Shown here piece by piece: positions 58,116 to 64,000 of a DNA stretch of 64,000 nucleotides. The stretch is from a virus. Under the pieces are notes generated by a model. It was not told the origin of the DNA and ran no database searches. It saw only the letters and a program-made list of their open reading frames with translations. The DNA lies in the IMG/VR virus record IMGVR_UViG_3300023174_005299, positions 8,512 to 72,511 of that record. One strand, written 5' to 3'. Numbering within the stretch: the first letter of the stretch is position 1; each line of letters starts with the position of its first letter. The translations under genes were made by a program, and so were the position numbers.

Positions 58116-58640
58116 TCAACGTAGGAATTCTCGCGGATCTAAATCATAGTGCAAGCTGTTGATTTTGTGCACCCCCATTAGATACAACACATAGCTGGCC
58201 ACACTACTTCCACGCCCTACTCCCCAAATCACATGATTTTTCTGCATGGTATCTACTAGATATTTTAAAAAACGCAAAAGGTCAAACAAGTTATGCTCTT
58301 GAAACAACAACAGTTCTTCACCCACACGTTGCAATTCTTCTTGTGTAGCACACAGAGACAAAATGTGCTGGGCAATGTCTAAATTTTTGTAATCACTGGG
58401 CATGAACCAAGTTGATTGTTTTGATAAATCAAATTCTGGTACAGGAACATTGTCTGCTTTTGAAGCCGGAGTCCAAGTCAGCAAGCTGCCGGGATCTTCT
58501 ATGTGAGAGATTAACTTTTCTAAATCAACTGTTGGTCCAACAATAACTCCATCTAAGTCAGTGACTGTGTGTCCTTGCATGATAAGATCACAAAGGTCAT
58601 CGCTGTCAAATATCAGTTCACCAAATTTATTTTTCTTCAT
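58116..58640 (-). CDS. stand-alone DNA polymerase III alpha (DnaE) palm fragment
   Basis: GVGRGSSVASYVLYLMGV..I..L.YDL matches DnaE GxGRGS region; ends before the catalytic DxD. Confidence 0.75.
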   Translation of the reverse strand: MKKNKFGELIFDSDDLCDLIMQGHTVTDLDGVIVGPTVDLEKLISHIEDPGSLLTWTPASKADNVPVPEFDLSKQSTWFMPSDYKNLDIAQHILSLCATQEELQRVGEELLLFQEHNLFDLLRFLKYLVDTMQKNHVIWGVGRGSSVASYVLYLMGVHKINSLHYDLDPREFLR

Positions 58641-59232
58641 TTTTTACAAAATCAATAAAAACAACAGTGTCTTTGTCGCCGGGATCAGTGTCTTTGTCAA
58701 ATGACAAGTCTAGTTCAGCCCACTCCGTAGATCTGTCTAATTTTATAACATTGTTGTTTCGACTGCGTTTTTTCTTTGTGCCAGCCCAGGTGGGGCCTGC
58801 ATCTTTCCACCAACCATCTGTGGATAATGGCCCAAGATTTTCATTGGCATAGTGCATGTACTCAATGTTGTCGCCTACAGTGCTTTCAACGTCAACCCTG
58901 TCAATGTTGATTCTACCTTCCACTATTGCTGTCAATTTTAAATACAGCATGATTCCAACAAGCTGATCCACAGGTTGGTCAGGCAGGACCAATATGCGCT
59001 GTTCAGTGGCCATCCATTGTGCCAGCAGTGGATCATTCTCATTGATGATGATGCTGTCGCCTAACACAAAGTCAATCCACCACTTCATTCTTTCATAAGC
59101 AATGTTGTGTTCGTCGGGATCATCACTGACAGTGGTCATCGAAACTGACGCTGTGTAATGATTTACATGGAACTCACTATTATAAACAATGCCGGTGGCG
59201 AAGTCAAATACTTTTCTTAATTTAACATTCAT
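58627..59232 (-). CDS. hypothetical protein
   Basis: 201 aa ORF overlapping neighbours. Confidence 0.7.
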   Translation of the reverse strand: MNVKLRKVFDFATGIVYNSEFHVNHYTASVSMTTVSDDPDEHNIAYERMKWWIDFVLGDSIIINENDPLLAQWMATEQRILVLPDQPVDQLVGIMLYLKLTAIVEGRINIDRVDVESTVGDNIEYMHYANENLGPLSTDGWWKDAGPTWAGTKKKRSRNNNVIKLDRSTEWAELDLSFDKDTDPGDKDTVVFIDFVKNEEK

Positions 59233-59468
59233 GATACATTTATTTTGTTGCTGAAGTCAGGTGAGTTTTTGTTGCGGTTGTTGTATAATTCTTCTTGCTT
59301 TTCGGACAACTTATTTTTGTAAGTTTCCAAGGCCATGCTTATTTGTGAGGCAAGATTGCGATTGCCACTTCGGTAGGCAATGCCCAATTTGCGTGTGAGT
59401 TCGTTGACTTTTTCTGTGAGATCGTCAATTGACGTTTCTGAGTCGATTTGTACTAAAGGGTGTTCCAT
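59229..59468 (-). CDS. hypothetical protein
   Basis: 79 aa helical ORF. Confidence 0.7.
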   Translation of the reverse strand: MEHPLVQIDSETSIDDLTEKVNELTRKLGIAYRSGNRNLASQISMALETYKNKLSEKQEELYNNRNKNSPDFSNKINVS

Positions 59469-59510
59469 ATAATACTAGTCTAACAGAAACATCAACAAAG
59501 AACAAGAGGT

Positions 59511-60398
59511 TTAGGCAAACGTACATCCATTGTTGCCAATGCAGAACCATTTGCCATTGATGTACTGCAATGTGCAGGCCCGTCCAATGGCAGCAAATGT
59601 GATTGTGCCAGTACCAGAAGATTTCCATCCAGCATTTGTGACTGTAATAACCATGTTGCCAACAATGCCAGCCATGGCCAATACTTTTATTTGGCCATTG
59701 GCCCCTGCTGCCAGGGTAGCTGTTTCTGTGGCAGATGTGGTGAAATAACTAGTGGTTACTCCCAAGTCAATGGCTCCAGCGTCTATTAGATCCTCGCTAC
59801 TGGGCAAGTATATTGGATCTCTATTTCGATTTAGGTCAAACACACTGATTGCTGTTGATGTTGGTCCTTCAGAATTTACAAACTGGAATTCATAAGTTCC
59901 CACTTGATTAAAGGTTATAACATTGCTAGCAAATCCCTGAAGATTATCAACGCCCACTGTGACACTACTGGGCAGTGTCAATGTATAAGCCACATTGGTG
60001 ACTGTTACTTGTAGATTTATGGTGCCCACTTGTCCAGCGGCCGGCCAGTTACTGAAAGCAATGCTCACACTGCCAGCTGTGGTCAATGTGTAGTAAGAGC
60101 CAACAGCAAAATTAAGAGTTTGATCGCCAGACACAGTGCCCAGGGCCTGGGCCGGTGTAGTAACCCCAATTAATTGAGCATTTGACAGCGGTGACCCTGC
60201 CATGTTGTTGTTGAGGGTTGTTCCGTTGAGAGCGGATTTTAAAACAACTTTGCTTTGCAAGTCAGTGAGTTCATCACTGGCATAGGTAAAGTTGGTTTTA
60301 ATGTTTGTAAAATTATCACGGAAGCCTTGACTATCATTGTCTTGTCCGGCTACTGGGTAAGCACCGTTGATATTGTTTGGGTTTATTGCACTGGTCAT
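59511..60398 (-). CDS. virion structural protein (baseplate/tail-associated)
   Basis: YPVAGQDNDSQGFRDNF N-terminus, Thr/Gly-rich beta strands; TAAATA upstream. Confidence 0.65.
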   Translation of the reverse strand: MTSAINPNNINGAYPVAGQDNDSQGFRDNFTNIKTNFTYASDELTDLQSKVVLKSALNGTTLNNNMAGSPLSNAQLIGVTTPAQALGTVSGDQTLNFAVGSYYTLTTAGSVSIAFSNWPAAGQVGTINLQVTVTNVAYTLTLPSSVTVGVDNLQGFASNVITFNQVGTYEFQFVNSEGPTSTAISVFDLNRNRDPIYLPSSEDLIDAGAIDLGVTTSYFTTSATETATLAAGANGQIKVLAMAGIVGNMVITVTNAGWKSSGTGTITFAAIGRACTLQYINGKWFCIGNNGCTFA

Positions 60399-60401
60399 AA
60401 T

Positions 60402-62978
60402 TTATCCTAAAATATTGATCTTGGGGAAAGCTAGATATTTATCAAAGGTGGCAGTGTTGGTCCAACGATCTGCCGGTGCTATAAATGTTGTGTTTCTATA
60501 ATCAAAATAGGTTGTAGAATTATCAAACGTTGTTGCTTCCGGCGGACTTGGGATCCAGCGTTCAAGGGTTGGATCCCAGTTGTGTGTTTGACTGCGATCT
60601 AGTTCATAGCGATCTATTTCAAAATCCACAGTGTTCAAGCTTTCTCCAATGTTTTCATCAATGTAGTAGGCCACACGACTGCTTTGCCCTGGCTTGATAT
60701 AAGCAATTACCCAAGCTGGTGTAAAGCCCAAAATCTGCCCATTCTTCTGTTTGCTGGTCATCCATAATGGTAGTCCGGGTGTGATTTGTCCCACAGTACT
60801 GATCACTTGGTTACGCATGTTGGGCAAGCTGTTTGGATACACCTGGGTTATTTCGTTGGAATTTTCGGTGACAATGGGGTAGGCCAATTCAACTTCCTTG
60901 CCCACGCTGACACCCTGGTTGTTTACTAAATCATCAATGATTTGACTGTAAATAACTTCGTATATTATATTGCCTGCGGCATCCAGGGCCTGAGCTGTTT
61001 TTATTTTCCCCAGAGTCAAGTTACGCCAATAATGATTTAATTGTAGACTTTGGAAATATGTATCAAGCGTGGCTGGCTTTAATCCATATGCATGCACATA
61101 CACCACATCCTGGGCGACTCCAAAATTTGAGTCATCGGGTCTATAAACATATTCTCTGGGAATGATTGCTTGATTTTCTAATAGGTTGCTGATCAACTCA
61201 CGATCAACACGTGGTGGCATGCACTGAATGTACAGGCTTTCATATGGGGTGTTGTATGCTCGATTTATTAATATAGTAAAACGTCTTACTGCGCTGACAG
61301 AATTAATTATTGTAGACTGTATTAATTGAGAGCTGGCTTGTGCATTGGATCCACCACCACCAGTGATGGTGATTGTAGGTGGCGTTATATAACCACGTCC
61401 TGGATTGTTTACTGCCACAGCAGTGATCACACCACCTACTATAGTAGCCACACCTGCTGTGGCCTGAATGGCATTGGCACCTGGTGGTGGCGCTGATATT
61501 GTTATAGTTGGTTGAGATGTGTAACCTGTACCACCAGCAGTGACAACAATTCCCGAGACTTCAAATCCAAGTTGTTCAGTTTGTGGTGCATAAGCATTGA
61601 CGTCAAAACTACAAGTCAAATCAAACGTTGTGGGATCTACTTCTAATCGTGTAGTTAAGTTGACATCAAATGTTGTGGTACCACCATCAAGTGCAAAGGT
61701 GTTGAAACTTACTCTTCCCACAATATTGCCACTGGGCAACAAAGTCAATCCCTGTGGTAATTTACTGTTGGTGCCGTTTACTAATCTGTATTCCAGGGCA
61801 CGTCCTCCAGTGTTAATGGCTTGAATAGTGAACAAACTGACAGCACCATTGTCGATGGTACCTAAATCAGGATCAGTTAACCATACCACATCAGTTTCGA
61901 TATTGCCCACAACTGTAAGAGAAAAACTAACTGGCTCTGAAATAATTATTGGCTGTTCTTTTTTGCGAACTTGAACAGAAAAATTGTATGTTGTTTCGGT
62001 TGCTCCCTGATCTGGTATGTAACCATACAGCCAGCCAGTATCAGAGTCTAAACTGATGCCTGGGGGTGGTGAAGTTGACAATCCGTCAGTGATAAGATAT
62101 TCCACAGCATCGCCATCAAAATCCACAGATTGATATTGAAAATAATAGTTGTTGTCGGCACGTATGTTACCAAGACTACCCGCCGGCGTTATCAACACCG
62201 GGGTTCGAGTAGGAACAACATCGGCTGTAATAAACGTATCGTCTGTTGTAAAATCTGTGGTATCTGCACTCATTGAATCTTTGCTGTAGACATAAATTTC
62301 ATAGGTGCGAACATTGCTGTCCTTTCCATCGGTCACAGCCAAAGAAAATTGATAGTTTTTGCTGGCACTGCGAAGAGTAAAGTCATTTGGATATTCGTCT
62401 TTGGGAGTTGAATCAAATCCAGGCTCAGCAGTCCCTGGCGGACCCACCAAGGGTTTTATGAGTCCGGCAATTAATCCAGTTTTAGATACAAAAACTCCTG
62501 GAGGCAATTCACCACTCAGCAATTTAATTGACACAGAATCATCGGGGTCTGGGTCGCTGGTTTGGATTTGAATGCTGACTTCTGTGCCATCATAGTAGGT
62601 TCCAATGCGGCCAGCAGGCGTGACAAATTCAGGCACATTTTGCCCGGTCACAGTCAAGCTAAATGTTCGATCAGCAATTCTATCAATGACTTCTTTGCCA
62701 TTGACTATTTTTTCAGTGTAGGCTCTTATTGTAAATGTTGAAGTTACGTCTCTACTCACTTCGGTGGGGACACCTTGAAGGCTGGCAATGGCTTTGGGGA
62801 TTCCTTCAAGCAAGCCATTGGCTGTGCATTGCACACCGTCAGGCAAAGACCCGGCAATCATCACATAGTATAAATCACCATCATCGGGATCATAGGCCTG
62901 TAAAGTGAGCTGATAGAATATTCTTTCAGGAACCACACCCAAACTACCTGGCTTAGTGATCCAAATGGGTTGCGCCAT
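60402..62978 (-). CDS. large structural protein with Ig-like repeats (baseplate wedge-like)
   Basis: Repeated W.T..G.LG and LP.GL.L...G.I.G Ig-like units; GGTGYTSQP repeats. Confidence 0.7.
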   Translation of the reverse strand: MAQPIWITKPGSLGVVPERIFYQLTLQAYDPDDGDLYYVMIAGSLPDGVQCTANGLLEGIPKAIASLQGVPTEVSRDVTSTFTIRAYTEKIVNGKEVIDRIADRTFSLTVTGQNVPEFVTPAGRIGTYYDGTEVSIQIQTSDPDPDDSVSIKLLSGELPPGVFVSKTGLIAGLIKPLVGPPGTAEPGFDSTPKDEYPNDFTLRSASKNYQFSLAVTDGKDSNVRTYEIYVYSKDSMSADTTDFTTDDTFITADVVPTRTPVLITPAGSLGNIRADNNYYFQYQSVDFDGDAVEYLITDGLSTSPPPGISLDSDTGWLYGYIPDQGATETTYNFSVQVRKKEQPIIISEPVSFSLTVVGNIETDVVWLTDPDLGTIDNGAVSLFTIQAINTGGRALEYRLVNGTNSKLPQGLTLLPSGNIVGRVSFNTFALDGGTTTFDVNLTTRLEVDPTTFDLTCSFDVNAYAPQTEQLGFEVSGIVVTAGGTGYTSQPTITISAPPPGANAIQATAGVATIVGGVITAVAVNNPGRGYITPPTITITGGGGSNAQASSQLIQSTIINSVSAVRRFTILINRAYNTPYESLYIQCMPPRVDRELISNLLENQAIIPREYVYRPDDSNFGVAQDVVYVHAYGLKPATLDTYFQSLQLNHYWRNLTLGKIKTAQALDAAGNIIYEVIYSQIIDDLVNNQGVSVGKEVELAYPIVTENSNEITQVYPNSLPNMRNQVISTVGQITPGLPLWMTSKQKNGQILGFTPAWVIAYIKPGQSSRVAYYIDENIGESLNTVDFEIDRYELDRSQTHNWDPTLERWIPSPPEATTFDNSTTYFDYRNTTFIAPADRWTNTATFDKYLAFPKINILG

Positions 62979-62979
62979 G

Positions 62980-64000
62980 TTACAATCTACCTACAACAAC
63001 TTCAATTGTACCAAAGTCGCCTGCAAAATCTTCTAGTGCTTTGCCTATTACTGTGCCCATAGCAGGGCTAGGTTCAGCTCGAGCATAGCCATTGCCAGCT
63101 GACACCATCATTTGTCCCCGGCGTACAGGACCTTTGACCAAACAGGGTGCACGTCCCGCCAATGCCATGGCAATGACATGTTCTCCAGTTAGTCCTGAGT
63201 TCATGGCATAAGCCGGAGTTGTGGATACTATTCCAGCAATTGTTGGATCAAGATCCTGATCTGCAATAGTAAGCTCAGCCTCACCACCAAATTTGACCAC
63301 GGTACCCGGTGGATAATCTTGATCAGCTAGATAATATTCTGCCAAGTCAGCATATTCTGCGCTGGTTGCTCTGGCATGCACAACATTAAATGATCCTCCC
63401 AGGGCTCCAATATTACCAACACCGTCAGGGTTGGAGTTTATTATCCCGCCCACTGTTAAGTTTTTAGTGGAGGGATTGAATTTAAATTCTGGATTGGCCA
63501 CATAGACTGTGCTTGTGGTACCTACAAATTGCGCCACAAATGGAACATAGTAATCGTTGTTGTCAGATGTGTCAACTATGGAAAGATTGGCCGAAGAACC
63601 AGCTGGTCCGGTAGCACCTGTATTGCCAGTTGGGCCAGTTGCTCCAGTTGCCCCCGGAACTGTGGAAGCAGGGCCAGTTGCTCCAGTTACTCCTGTGGCG
63701 CCAAAACCAGTTGCTCCTGTTGCGCCCGGAACAGTGGAAGCAGGACCAGTGGCACCTATTCCAGTGGCGCCCTGTGGCCCAGTGCTGCCTTGTATGCCAG
63801 TGGCACCCTGTACGCCGGTGGCGCCAGTGGCACCCTGTGGTCCTGTGCTGCCTTGTATGCCTGTGGCGCCACTGGCGCCTTGTACTCCAGTGGCACCTTG
63901 TACTCCAGTGGCGCCCTGTGGTCCTGTGCTGCCTTGTATGCCTGTGCTGCCTTGTATGCCTGTGCTGCCAGTGGCGCCCTGTGGTCCTGTGCTGCCTTGT
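62980..64000 (-). CDS. collagen-like fibre protein (5' end outside window)
   Basis: Frame stays open upstream of 63537 through G-X-T/G-X-Q triplets; C-terminal YADLAEYY...IGKALE domain typical of fibre C-termini. Confidence 0.8.
   Translation of the reverse strand, partial: QGSTGPQGATGSTGIQGSTGIQGSTGPQGATGVQGATGVQGASGATGIQGSTGPQGATGATGVQGATGIQGSTGPQGATGIGATGPASTVPGATGATGFGATGVTGATGPASTVPGATGATGPTGNTGATGPAGSSANLSIVDTSDNNDYYVPFVAQFVGTTSTVYVANPEFKFNPSTKNLTVGGIINSNPDGVGNIGALGGSFNVVHARATSAEYADLAEYYLADQDYPPGTVVKFGGEAELTIADQDLDPTIAGIVSTTPAYAMNSGLTGEHVIAMALAGRAPCLVKGPVRRGQMMVSAGNGYARAEPSPAMGTVIGKALEDFAGDFGTIEVVVGRL
63600..64000 (-). repeat. collagen Gly-X-Y coding repeat
   Basis: GAT/GST/GPQ/GIQ/GVQ triplets; 9 and 18 nt DNA periodicity such as cctgtgctgccttgtatg. 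Confidence 0.9.

Noticed and set aside
62980-63537. 185 aa stand-alone protein from the ORF track
   Set aside because: The frame continues upstream through the collagen repeat, so it is the C-terminus of a longer gene
1-64000. Stop-codon reassignment, tRNA genes, integrase or transposase
   Set aside because: Conserved genes are full length in the standard code and TAA, TAG and TGA all end genes; no cloverleaf or recombinase motifs seen by eye

Overview
Gene-dense segment of a large (probably jumbo) tailed dsDNA phage genome, mostly on the minus strand, standard genetic code, with many ATGA/GTGA overlaps, near-consensus sigma70 promoters and a recurring TAAATA late-promoter-like motif. Its Bug/TctC receptor, desaturase and AhcY suggest a betaproteobacterial host (inference). 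In order it carries: a TGT/DpdA-like + QueD-like + glycosyltransferase cluster; a clamp-like protein and family B DNA polymerase; ahcY behind a candidate structured RNA; a ~10 kb array of genes sharing an N-terminal MRAxEF..E tag and Glu-terminated (QGVAE-type) linkers between effector-like domains (nucleotidyltransferase, zincin, kinase, GNAT, ParB-like, GP88-like, possible ADP-ribosyltransferase); ClpA and DnaJ; an Asn-rich secreted-protein operon with a desaturase; an amino-acid uptake + Asp racemase module; endolysin and spanins; a sulfur/diiron/amidotransferase/methyltransferase cluster; PhoH, clamp loader, GroES, a stand-alone DnaE fragment; and structural genes ending in a collagen-like fibre that runs off the window. 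The best candidate for an undescribed system is the tagged, protease-cleavable polyprotein array at 13910-24361. All calls come from motif recognition; no database search was run.
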